From an uncultured Candidatus Saccharibacteria bacterium (GTDB lineage Bacteria; Patescibacteriota; Saccharimonadia; Saccharimonadales; JAGQNJ01), in the NCBI GenBank assembly GCA_964602865.1, contig CAZRSX010000003.1, positions 1,288-65,287 on the forward strand: DNA of 64,000 bases, read 5' to 3'. The notes beneath the pieces were generated by a model. That model saw nothing but the letters and a program-made list of their open reading frames with translations, made no database searches and had not been told where the DNA came from. The stretch's first letter is position 1, and the number at the start of each line of letters is the position of its first letter. Positions 43,328 to 51,668 of this stretch are shown one piece after another. Both the position numbers and the translations under genes were made by a program.

Positions 43328-44580
43328 ACGCCGGGCTCCAGTTTTTCGGGCGCAATCATATCGTTATCAAGTTGTTCGAGTATTTGCTCTTCCAGTACTG
43401 TTTCGCCCATGTAGCGTATAAAGATTTCATTCCATAGCGACTCGCGGAAATGATAGACATAGCGCTTTGCAAACGGCTCTTCGTTCGAGTAGGCGAACGC
43501 CACGTCCATGAGGTTGAAGGCCACGGGATCTACCCGGACGCGAATCGGCCGGGCAATATAATCCAAGTCACGCCAAAACTCGAGCTCCGGATCGAGCTCG
43601 TACAGCGCATCTTCAGCACGTCGCCAGTGCAGATCTTCCGGCTGCACATGCGGCTGGAATGCTTCCGGGTGGGATTTATCTTTATGCCGCCCCAAATATT
43701 GTTGTATCACTCGCCAATGGACGTTTTGCCCAGCCATCACTGCTGCGTTGCTGGGGTCAGCGTTAATCGTATCAACTACTTCTGCACCAAAACGCGGGCG
43801 GGTTGATTTCAGTTTAAAAAACGCGCTGTAAAGCCGGATCTCATTGATGTAGTGGAACAATAGCGACATAGTTTTGAGCGGCAAGCCGCGCATACGTTCG
43901 CGGCGCATCGGCAGCACCACAATCACGCCCAGCTCTTTGGTATGCGTGACGTTGTGGAGTTTTTTCTTGGTGAAATCATCGGACAAATCCACCCATTTGT
44001 CATGATCCATCTCAATAATTGAGATATTCCGCTCCTCAAAATCAGTCGCCTTGACATGCTTGAGCAGTTTGTTGTATTTGCTGAGCCAGTCAGCCCCTTC
44101 GGAAAACCGAAGCGCTGTATACAGCTCGTCAAATGGCTCGTGCTTGAGCATACTGTCAATGGAGCGATAGCCGAGATGCTTCATCATTGCGGTTGGCGGC
44201 ATTTGTTTGAGCAGTTTCTTAGCAACAGAGCGTTTCAGCACCCAGCACCGTTTCGGCACCTTGGACTCCTTGACGACTTTGACCATGGCTGGCACCTGCT
44301 CGCGGATAACGTCGTTGCTCTCGTCTAGCTTCAAGAGCTGCTTGGTAATGCGCTTATTGTCGCGTGCAACGCGATTTTCGAGCGCATAGTACAGCTCCTG
44401 GGACGACGTATCGTTTGGGTCAAGCCCCAGCTCTTTGGTTTTGAGCTGGACTTTGCCAATGATCTCCGCCGACAACCGTACATCGACGCCTGGCCTACCG
44501 CTCTCTCTTTCAAGCTGTTGCAAGGCCAATGAAAATAACGGCTCCTCAGCAAGCAATAGCTCTGATAACATTCTGTTCAT
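43324..44580 (-). CDS. hypothetical protein (418 aa), partner of the SLOG-like gene
   Basis: Long ORF with no TM or signal peptide and no motif I recognise. TGGTAAAGT box 9 nt upstream of the ATG. 4-nt overlap with the downstream SLOG-like gene. Confidence 0.7.
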   Translation of the reverse strand: MNRMLSELLLAEEPLFSLALQQLERESGRPGVDVRLSAEIIGKVQLKTKELGLDPNDTSSQELYYALENRVARDNKRITKQLLKLDESNDVIREQVPAMVKVVKESKVPKRCWVLKRSVAKKLLKQMPPTAMMKHLGYRSIDSMLKHEPFDELYTALRFSEGADWLSKYNKLLKHVKATDFEERNISIIEMDHDKWVDLSDDFTKKKLHNVTHTKELGVIVVLPMRRERMRGLPLKTMSLLFHYINEIRLYSAFFKLKSTRPRFGAEVVDTINADPSNAAVMAGQNVHWRVIQQYLGRHKDKSHPEAFQPHVQPEDLHWRRAEDALYELDPELEFWRDLDYIARPIRVRVDPVAFNLMDVAFAYSNEEPFAKRYVYHFRESLWNEIFIRYMGETVLEEQILEQLDNDMIAPEKLEPGV

Positions 44581-44589
44581 CTTACCTCA

Positions 44590-44598
44590 ACTTTACCA
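44590..44598 (-). promoter_or_regulatory. extended -10 TGGTAAAGT, 9 nt upstream of the ATG of the 418-aa unknown gene
   Basis: Minus strand: TTATGGTAAAGT-TGAGGTAAG-ATG. Confidence 0.45.
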
Positions 44599-44693
44599 TA
44601 AGCGTTACCGCTCGCCAAAACCCCGACTTGCACTCATTTTGTGACGGCCGTCCAATTTTTGATGTATGTTTTGTAGGGTTTACGAGAGGAAAG

Positions 44694-45656
44694 TTAGAGG
44701 TTGGTGACTTCAATTGGCATGGTGTGAACATGGTCTCGCTGACGTAGTATGCCGGTTTTGGCGCCAATCTTACTGACAACACTGGTTGAATTAGCGCTAG
44801 CATAGGTCAACGCCTGCTCTATAGAGTGGCCCTCGGCTATCCGCGTTACAAACCCACTGGTAAACGCGTCGCCGGCGCCCAAACGATCAACCACTGCAAC
44901 ATCTTCGTACATGCCAGCTGCGAACATATGCACGCCGTCGCTTGCAAACGAGCCGTTCGGCCCGTCAGTGAGCAGCACCAGATCGACATGCTTATTTGCT
45001 TTTTGTAGTATTTCTCGTGTCGTTTTGCCGTCAAATAGTTCAGCCATCTCCTCGCGGTTACAGCTTAATATATCAAAATCATCAAGCAATGCTTTAAATT
45101 GCCGTATATGTTCAAGCTCGCCTTTGCCTGGATTGATGGCGATTTTAATTTTGTGCGCCTTGGCATACGAAACGGCAGTTTTCAGCGCTGCAATATCACC
45201 GGAAAGCGAACTAATGTAAAGCCAGTCTGCTTTGCTATCATGAAAATCTTTCTCCTGAAGATCATAGCTTTTTGACGCACCGCGGTAGGTCAACACCGTG
45301 CGCTCGCCATTTGGGGCCAGTAAAATTGCAGAGTAACCAGTGCCTTCTTTGACAGCATATTTTACCAGGCTGGTATCGATGCCTTCCTCGTGTAGCATAC
45401 CCAGCACAATTTTGCCCGGCTCGTCTTTGCCGATACGACCAATGTACTGCGTATGTAATCCGGCTCGGGCAAACGTCACAGCTGCGTTGGTCGCCCCGCC
45501 GCCCACACTAATGTCGACTGCCTCAATTTCGTTTTTACTGCCCAGCGTAAACTCTTGGACATATTCTTTGCCTTCTTTTTGCGCCGTAAAAATCTCGCCT
45601 TGCAAAAACACGTCTTGTACCGCAGCACCGAGACACAGTATCCGCACGTTCTTCAT
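44694..45656 (-). CDS. PfkB-family sugar/sugar-phosphate kinase
   Basis: 320 aa. GGGATNAAVTFARAG and DRLGAGDAF (ribokinase/PfkB signatures 1 and 2). Substrate not determinable. Confidence 0.85.
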   Translation of the reverse strand: MKNVRILCLGAAVQDVFLQGEIFTAQKEGKEYVQEFTLGSKNEIEAVDISVGGGATNAAVTFARAGLHTQYIGRIGKDEPGKIVLGMLHEEGIDTSLVKYAVKEGTGYSAILLAPNGERTVLTYRGASKSYDLQEKDFHDSKADWLYISSLSGDIAALKTAVSYAKAHKIKIAINPGKGELEHIRQFKALLDDFDILSCNREEMAELFDGKTTREILQKANKHVDLVLLTDGPNGSFASDGVHMFAAGMYEDVAVVDRLGAGDAFTSGFVTRIAEGHSIEQALTYASANSTSVVSKIGAKTGILRQRDHVHTMPIEVTNL

Positions 45657-45659
45657 GGT

Positions 45660-46574
45660 CTAGTCCGGCCTCGCCTTGCCAGCAGCCTGAAACATATCGA
45701 TTTTGCTCTCAACAACTTTCTGGACTTCGCCTATAACCGTACCCATCAGTTTGATAACTGCATATTCGTCTTTGTTTTCGCGCAAGACTTTTTCGAGCGT
45801 GCGACGGTAGGCTATCCGCATGTCAGAGTTAATATTGATTTTGCTAACACCAATTTTTACCGCTCCTTGAAAAAAATGTCCCGGCGTGCCGCTGCCGCCA
45901 TGTAGACTGATGTTGCAATCAATCGCCTCGCGAATTTGTCGGAGTAGCTCAAGATCCAGTTGTTTCGGTACCGGGTACTTGCCGTGCAAATTACCAACCG
46001 CGGCCGCAAAGGTATCGATACCCGTGGCATCGACAAAGGCTTTGGCGGCCTCGGGCGTACTAAAGGTTTTACGGATTTCTTCGTAATCAAACGCCTTTTT
46101 GAATAAATTTGAGCCGCCGCCAAAATAATGGGGTTCACTCTCAACCAGGGCGCCGGTTTCTTTGGCGGCCTCAACGACTTTTTTGGTCGCAGTAATAATT
46201 TCTTTGTCCGTTGCCTCGTGATTGGCCTGCGAGACATCAATGTGAATAAACTCAAACCCGGCTTTGATGCCTTCGATGGCGTCTGTAACGCTTGGGCTGT
46301 GATCGAGATTAATGAACATCTCAATATCATATTGCTCTTTGTAGTTGTCAACCAGATCGCGAATATTTTCAGCCCCCAGCATATCGACTTCGCCCTTACT
46401 CAGTTCAACCATGACCGGTGCGTCTTTAGCTTTTGCTGCACGAGCTACCGCAATCAGCGTTTCTTGGTTGTCAAGATTAAACGCACCGACTGCGAATTTT
46501 TGGCGCCGAGCTCGCTCCATGAGACGACGGGCTTTTTTGCTGTTTTCTCTCATCTGGGTCAATGATATCGGCAT
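45660..46574 (-). CDS. fba: class II fructose-bisphosphate aldolase
   Basis: ORF track starts at a GTG at 46595. I prefer the ATG at 46574 (MPISLTQ...) with a GGAAGGAA SD, 2 nt after the tkt stop. FAVGAFN, DHS, LHGGSG motifs. Confidence 0.9.
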   Translation of the reverse strand: MPISLTQMRENSKKARRLMERARRQKFAVGAFNLDNQETLIAVARAAKAKDAPVMVELSKGEVDMLGAENIRDLVDNYKEQYDIEMFINLDHSPSVTDAIEGIKAGFEFIHIDVSQANHEATDKEIITATKKVVEAAKETGALVESEPHYFGGGSNLFKKAFDYEEIRKTFSTPEAAKAFVDATGIDTFAAAVGNLHGKYPVPKQLDLELLRQIREAIDCNISLHGGSGTPGHFFQGAVKIGVSKININSDMRIAYRRTLEKVLRENKDEYAVIKLMGTVIGEVQKVVESKIDMFQAAGKARPD

Positions 46575-46576
46575 GG

Positions 46577-47554
46577 TTAGCGTTCCTTCCCGCACAGTTC
46601 ATGGGCTGCAATGGCAATGTGCTTCGACGTCAAGCCAAAGTGCTCCATGAGCTCATCCGGGTGGCCGGATTCGCCAAAACGATCTTTGACACCAATGCGA
46701 CGCATTGGCACTGGGTAATGTTCGCTTAAGAGTTCGGCGACTGCCCCGCCCAAACCGCCGGTAATTTGATGCTCTTCAGCAGTGACAACCTTGCCGGTCT
46801 TCCTGACACTTTGTAGAATCGTCACTGCGTCAAGCGGCTTAATGGTTGGGCAATGAATAACTTCGGCATCAATACCGTCTTTGTACAGGCTGTCGGCCGC
46901 CAGCAATGCATGATAAGTCATGGTGCCTGTGGCAATGATGGTCACGTCGTTGCCTTTATCGTAAACATAGGCCTTGCCAATCGCAAATGGGGTTTGCTTT
47001 GTGGTAATAACCGGCGTTGCTTCGCGCGCCAAGCGCATGTAGTTGGGCCGCTCATCGTCAGCCATCGCCATGGTCATCTTTTCGGCTTCAACCGAATCAC
47101 AGGGCGCCAGCACCACCATGTTGGGTAGCGCCCGCATGATAGCGATATCTTCCAGCATTTGGTGCGTTGCTCCGTCTAGTCCAACCGATACACCCGCATG
47201 CGAGCCGATAATTTTAACTGGTTGGTCATTCAAGCAAATGGTTGTGCGGATTTGTTCCCAGTTACGCCCCGGACTAAACGCTGCGTAACTGCTCACAAAC
47301 GGTATCTTGCCTTGCGCTGCCAACCCAGAACCAACCGTGACCAAGTTTTGCTCGGCCACACCGATTTCTACATATCGCTCTGGGAATTTCTCGGCAAATA
47401 AATGCATCTGGGTTGACTCGGTAAGGTCGGCGCAAGCTGCAACAATCTGCTCACTATCCTCGCCAGCGGCCAGCAAACCAACGCCAAAGCCTTTGCGAGT
47501 TGGCTCCTTGAGCACATCTTTGCTCGTATAGTCGGCAAGGTGCATATCACTCAT
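46577..47554 (-). CDS. transketolase, C-terminal (pyrimidine-binding) subunit
   Basis: 325 aa. FGVGLL...IGVAEQN...GATHQ motifs. Split-gene form. Confidence 0.9.
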   Translation of the reverse strand: MSDMHLADYTSKDVLKEPTRKGFGVGLLAAGEDSEQIVAACADLTESTQMHLFAEKFPERYVEIGVAEQNLVTVGSGLAAQGKIPFVSSYAAFSPGRNWEQIRTTICLNDQPVKIIGSHAGVSVGLDGATHQMLEDIAIMRALPNMVVLAPCDSVEAEKMTMAMADDERPNYMRLAREATPVITTKQTPFAIGKAYVYDKGNDVTIIATGTMTYHALLAADSLYKDGIDAEVIHCPTIKPLDAVTILQSVRKTGKVVTAEEHQITGGLGGAVAELLSEHYPVPMRRIGVKDRFGESGHPDELMEHFGLTSKHIAIAAHELCGKER

Positions 47555-48410
47555 GCTCGCTCCTTATTTTGCCACGTAAAGTTCTCAGTTCTTTGAGCGC
47601 CTCAAGCTCTTGCTTATGATCTGGCGGTTTACCATGCCAGCGATAGTCATATTCCATAAAATCCACGCCCTTGCCTGGTACCGTATGCGCAATAATCATG
47701 ACCGGCTTTGAGACCACTGCGCGAGCCATGGCACAGGCGTCAATAAAGGCCTCGATGTTGTTGCCGTCTATATCAATTACATGCCAGCCAAAAGCTTCCC
47801 ATTTGGCGTGCAAGTCTTCCAGCGGCATGACTGTTTCGGTTGGCCCATCAATTTGAATATTGTTACGGTCGGTGATGGCGATGACGTTGCTCAGTTTGTA
47901 CTTGCTGGCCAGCATAGCCGCTTCCCAGACGTTGCCTTCATTTTGCTCGCCGTCGCCCATGATGACATAAATCCAACGGTGCATATCTTTGTTCATGCGC
48001 ATAGCCAAGCTCATGCCGCAGGCTTGGCTGAGGCCACAACCCAACGGGCCGCTGGTGTTTTCTAGTCCCGGTAACTTGGTGCGTTCCGGGTGGCCTTGCA
48101 AGCGCGAACCAAACTGGCGAAGGGTCAACAGCTCTTTTTTATCAAAATAGCCGGCATGCGCCATTGTCGCGTACTGCACCGGCACGCAGTGCCCGTTGCT
48201 CAAAAGCAAAATATCGCGCTCGTCCCAATCCGGTTTATGCGGATTGTGCTTGAGGATATCGAAATACAGCGCCGCGAAGATGTCGGCTAAACCTAGCGGG
48301 CCAGCGGAGTGGCCGCTACCAGCGTGTTCCAGCATCTTGATGATATCCTGCCGAATATCATTGGCAATCAGCTCTAGCTCCTCAAGGGTGTATGTCTTGT
48401 TTGTACTCAT
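47547..48410 (-). CDS. transketolase, N-terminal (TPP-binding) subunit
   Basis: 287 aa. SGHSAGPLG, GDGEQNEG (TPP motif GDG..NEG). 8-nt overlap with the C-terminal subunit gene. Confidence 0.9.
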   Translation of the reverse strand: MSTNKTYTLEELELIANDIRQDIIKMLEHAGSGHSAGPLGLADIFAALYFDILKHNPHKPDWDERDILLLSNGHCVPVQYATMAHAGYFDKKELLTLRQFGSRLQGHPERTKLPGLENTSGPLGCGLSQACGMSLAMRMNKDMHRWIYVIMGDGEQNEGNVWEAAMLASKYKLSNVIAITDRNNIQIDGPTETVMPLEDLHAKWEAFGWHVIDIDGNNIEAFIDACAMARAVVSKPVMIIAHTVPGKGVDFMEYDYRWHGKPPDHKQELEALKELRTLRGKIRSEHE

Positions 48411-48422
48411 AGTGCTTATGCT

Positions 48423-49052
48423 CTAGTGTAGCAAATTTTGTAGCTCTTCGAAACGGGCCTTGGGGTCATCGGCCCGCTGAATAAAGCCGCCGACGTTAAG
48501 CACGTTGACGCCGGCTTTGGCAATCTCAGCAGCGTTGTCAGCATCAATTCCGCCATCCCAGCCTATCTCGACCGATGGCTTGAGGCGGCGAATGTGTTTA
48601 ATTTTGTGCAGCAGTTGTGTATTTGCCGTGCCGCCAAACCGGCCCAGGTCACCGCTAAAAATCAGTACGTGATCAACGTGTTTTATGGCTTTTTTGAGAG
48701 TCCGCGGAGATGTTTCTGGGAGCAGCGCCACGCCGATTTTTATACCATGCTTATGCAGCTTGTCTGCGAGCAGCTTAAAGTTGCCCTCGGCTTCAGCATG
48801 CACAATCACCAGGTGCGGCTTGAGTGCAATCAGCTCCCTAGCCTCCATGCCCGGCATGGCGTGCATGATATGCAGATCAACCGTTATGCCGTCAGGCAGC
48901 CAGGCGGTGTCAAGCGGTATGGTTTTGGATTTTGCAAAGACACCGTCCGTAAAGTCCAAATGTATCCGCCGAGCAAACCCTTGCACGCGCTCTATCTGCT
49001 CACGGTATTGGTGCGCATTCTCAGCCAGCACTGTCGGGCAAATCGTCGCCAT
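48423..49052 (-). CDS. rpe: ribulose-phosphate 3-epimerase-like protein
   Basis: ORF track extends to 49205. The ATG at 49052 (MATICPTVLAEN...) follows the stop of the upstream small ORF by 2 nt. Motifs IHLDFTDG, HIMH and GWDGGI fit the Rpe TIM barrel, though the sequence is divergent. Confidence 0.78.
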   Translation of the reverse strand: MATICPTVLAENAHQYREQIERVQGFARRIHLDFTDGVFAKSKTIPLDTAWLPDGITVDLHIMHAMPGMEARELIALKPHLVIVHAEAEGNFKLLADKLHKHGIKIGVALLPETSPRTLKKAIKHVDHVLIFSGDLGRFGGTANTQLLHKIKHIRRLKPSVEIGWDGGIDADNAAEIAKAGVNVLNVGGFIQRADDPKARFEELQNLLH

Positions 49053-49054
49053 CG

Positions 49055-49330
49055 TCAGCGTTTCTTTCGGCGATTTTTTGTTTCTTTGCGGTGCACCAGG
49101 GTCACAAACAATACGCTGCCGCAGACGAGGGCCGGAAAGAAGAACGCCAGCACAATCGGAAAAGCCATGGTGCAGCCTTCCTGAATCTCTCGTCCAGGCG
49201 TGCAATTCGTCGGCCCACCGCCCCCATAGACAACCACCAGCATCACTGCGTAAATACCAGCTGTCAGTAGCAAAATACGAGCAACTTCTTTTCGGGTCTG
49301 TTTTCTTTTTCGTGCGGGTCGCCGTGCCAT
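49055..49330 (-). CDS. hypothetical small two-TM membrane protein inside the sugar-phosphate operon
   Basis: 91 aa. Basic N- and C-termini (RRPARKRKQTRK / RKETKNRRKKR) flank two hydrophobic helices. It fits exactly between the rpiB stop (49335) and the rpe start (49052). Confidence 0.5.
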   Translation of the reverse strand: MARRPARKRKQTRKEVARILLLTAGIYAVMLVVVYGGGGPTNCTPGREIQEGCTMAFPIVLAFFFPALVCGSVLFVTLVHRKETKNRRKKR

Positions 49331-49334
49331 AGTT

Positions 49335-49778
49335 TTATCCTAGCTCGTCCAGCTGTCGTATCCGACGCTGAAAGCGCGCCGCACCGGCAAACGGCGTGGC
49401 CAGCCAGACGTCGACCAGATGCTTAATTGTTTTTTTATCAGTAATTTCACTCGCCGGCAGGCAGAGCACATTGGCGTCGTCATCATTGCGCGAACTCTTG
49501 GCTTCAGACTCATTCCAAACCAAGCTGGCACGAATACCCTTGAAACGATTGGCGGCAATGCACACGCCTTGGCCACTGCCACATAGCAATATGCCCGCAG
49601 AATCCTGGTGCGCCAACACGTTGCTGGCAACCCGCGCGCCGTACATCGGGAAATCGTCATTTGGGTCAAGTTGTTGATTGCCCACATCTTCGACCTCATG
49701 ACCGGCGCTTTTCAAATACTGCTCAAGCATTTCTTTGAGCTCGTAGCCGTTATGGTCCGCACCTAAAAATATCTTCAT
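49335..49778 (-). CDS. rpiB: ribose-5-phosphate isomerase B
   Basis: ORF track extends to 49832, overlapping gap. The ATG at 49778 gives MKIFLGADHNGYELKE..., the canonical RpiB/LacAB start. CGSGQG motif. Confidence 0.88.
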   Translation of the reverse strand: MKIFLGADHNGYELKEMLEQYLKSAGHEVEDVGNQQLDPNDDFPMYGARVASNVLAHQDSAGILLCGSGQGVCIAANRFKGIRASLVWNESEAKSSRNDDDANVLCLPASEITDKKTIKHLVDVWLATPFAGAARFQRRIRQLDELG

Positions 49779-49788
49779 GAGTAATACC

Positions 49789-50805
49789 TTAGTGTTTATG
49801 CAGCGCTTTACCAACATCAGCGACCAGCTCAACCAAACGATTGCTGTAGCCCCACTCGTTGTCGTACCAGGCCACTACTTTGACCATGTTGCCACCTACT
49901 ACCTTCGTCAGTGATAGATCGACAATCGACGAATGGCTATTACCGATAAAGTCACTGCTGACCAACTGTTCTTCGGTCACATCCAAGATCCCCTGGTAAT
50001 ATGGCTGTTTGGCGGCCTTTTTGAATACCTCGTTCACTGCTTCGACCGTGGTATTCTTTTTGACCAAAAAGGTAAAGTCGCTCAGAGATACAACCGGCGT
50101 CGGCACACGCACCGACAGACCGTCAAAGATACCGTCAAACTGCGGCAAGACTTCTTTAGTGGCAATTGCCGCGCCCGTAGTTGTGGGTACGATATTTTCA
50201 GCGGCACTCCGTGCCTCGCGTAAGTCTTTGGCCGGGGCGTCCTGCAAACGCTGGCTGGCGGTATAGCTATGTATTGTCGTCATCATGGCCTTTTCGACAC
50301 CAAAGGCTTGGTCCATGACGTCAGCTGGCGGCACAATACAGTTGGTTGTGCACGAACCGTTGCTGATGATATCGCTGGCTGTGTCTACCTTGTCGTCGTT
50401 GACACCCAGCACAATGGTGGTTGCACCTTGGCCTTTGGCCGGGGCGCTGATGACCACTTTTTTCGCGCCCGCGTCAATGTGCGCTTTCGCTTTTGCCGGG
50501 TCAACAAATAAGCCAGTCGACTCAATTACCACGTCGACCTCTTGGGTACGCCAGGGCAAGGCAGCGGGGTCTTTCTCGGCAGTTACTTTTATCTTGTGGC
50601 TGCCGACAACCAGGTGATCGCTATCGAATCCGACCTTTTTTTCATACCAGCCATAGTTGGTGTCGTGCTTGAGCAAATGAGCCAGCGTTTTTGTGTCGGT
50701 CAGGTCATTGATCGCCACGATTTCGATATCGCTGCGATCAAACGCTATCTTAAATGCATTGCGTCCAATCCTACCAAATCCGTTTATCGCCACCCGTGTT
50801 TTCAT
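49789..50805 (-). CDS. gap: type I glyceraldehyde-3-phosphate dehydrogenase
   Basis: 338 aa. INGFGRIGR and the active site SCTTNC, plus WYDNEWGYS. Confidence 0.93.
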   Translation of the reverse strand: MKTRVAINGFGRIGRNAFKIAFDRSDIEIVAINDLTDTKTLAHLLKHDTNYGWYEKKVGFDSDHLVVGSHKIKVTAEKDPAALPWRTQEVDVVIESTGLFVDPAKAKAHIDAGAKKVVISAPAKGQGATTIVLGVNDDKVDTASDIISNGSCTTNCIVPPADVMDQAFGVEKAMMTTIHSYTASQRLQDAPAKDLREARSAAENIVPTTTGAAIATKEVLPQFDGIFDGLSVRVPTPVVSLSDFTFLVKKNTTVEAVNEVFKKAAKQPYYQGILDVTEEQLVSSDFIGNSHSSIVDLSLTKVVGGNMVKVVAWYDNEWGYSNRLVELVADVGKALHKH

Positions 50806-50835
50806 TTTTAAAAATACCCCTTTTATTCAAGAGGT

Positions 50836-50844
50836 ATTGTAGCA
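50836..50844 (-). promoter_or_regulatory. extended -10 TGCTACAAT for the gap-led sugar-phosphate operon (leadered)
   Basis: Minus strand: TTATGCTACAAT-ACCTCTTGAATAAAAGGGGTATTTTTAAAA-ATG. Confidence 0.5.
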
Positions 50845-50867
50845 TAAGCGGCTATGAAATCTATAGC

Positions 50868-51194
50868 CTAGCTTGCTACTTGCTGGAGGCGCGCATCAGA
50901 CTCGGCGATAACAGCCTGACGAATTGCATGGAACTCACTGCGATCTCGACAAGGAAACGCACTCGGATCAAACAGTTCAGAGCCGGCGACTACACCAAAA
51001 CTACCCAGGAGTCTTGTGATATCGCCTGCCCGCCATGGCATCGCTGCGAGTTTAAGTTCGTCGGTTCGTTCATCACGCTGGCAGTGTCCAACAAAAAACT
51101 CCGCCAAATCGGTTGCATGACTGATGTATTGACGATGGTCATGTTGTTCAAAGGTAAGTTGTTCTGGTGTTACAAGATCAGAAAACGTAGTCAT
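50868..51194 (-). CDS. hypothetical protein (108 aa)
   Basis: ORF preceded by a near-consensus promoter, TTGACA-18-TGATATAAT, 6 nt before the ATG. No recognisable domain. Confidence 0.55.
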   Translation of the reverse strand: MTTFSDLVTPEQLTFEQHDHRQYISHATDLAEFFVGHCQRDERTDELKLAAMPWRAGDITRLLGSFGVVAGSELFDPSAFPCRDRSEFHAIRQAVIAESDARLQQVAS

Positions 51195-51200
51195 CTTTTC

Positions 51201-51230
51201 ATTATATCATAGTTATCTATAGTTTGTCAA
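51201..51230 (-). promoter_or_regulatory. near-consensus promoter TTGACA-18-TGATATAAT, -10 box 6 nt upstream of the ATG at 51194
   Basis: Minus strand: TTGACA-AACTATAGATAACTATGA-TATAAT-GAAAAG-ATG. Confidence 0.6.
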
Positions 51231-51233
51231 GTT

Positions 51234-51668
51234 TTACTGCTTGAGCGACGGCGTGTCATCGAGGATACGGTTGTCATGCAAATGCTGGAGCAAATCGCGC
51301 TGCAGCGGATACTCAAACAGAGCAATCGCCTTATCCAGCGCAACCCATTTATACTGGTCGTGCTCAAAACTCAAGGTCACTGTCTGTACGTCAGTCCGCA
51401 CTGCATAAAACAGCCAGATAACGTTTAAAGCTTCTTTGACCGCCGTGTGCGTATAGACCAGTTCAAGATGATCTGCAGCAACCGTCAGCCCTGTTTCCTC
51501 TAATACCTCGCGAGTGGTTGCGGTTGCAAACTGTTCGCCGTCCTCGACCATGCCGCCCGGCAAGTCCCACTGCAACGGACGGCGCGGTGCGGTCTTACTG
51601 CGCCGCACAATTAAAAGCTCGTTGTCGCTATTCAGTACGATTGCCTTGCCGAGAACTCGCGTTTTCAT
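51234..51668 (-). CDS. NUDIX hydrolase
   Basis: 144 aa. Nudix box GGMVEDGEQFATATTREVLEETGL. Confidence 0.85.
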   Translation of the reverse strand: MKTRVLGKAIVLNSDNELLIVRRSKTAPRRPLQWDLPGGMVEDGEQFATATTREVLEETGLTVAADHLELVYTHTAVKEALNVIWLFYAVRTDVQTVTLSFEHDQYKWVALDKAIALFEYPLQRDLLQHLHDNRILDDTPSLKQ

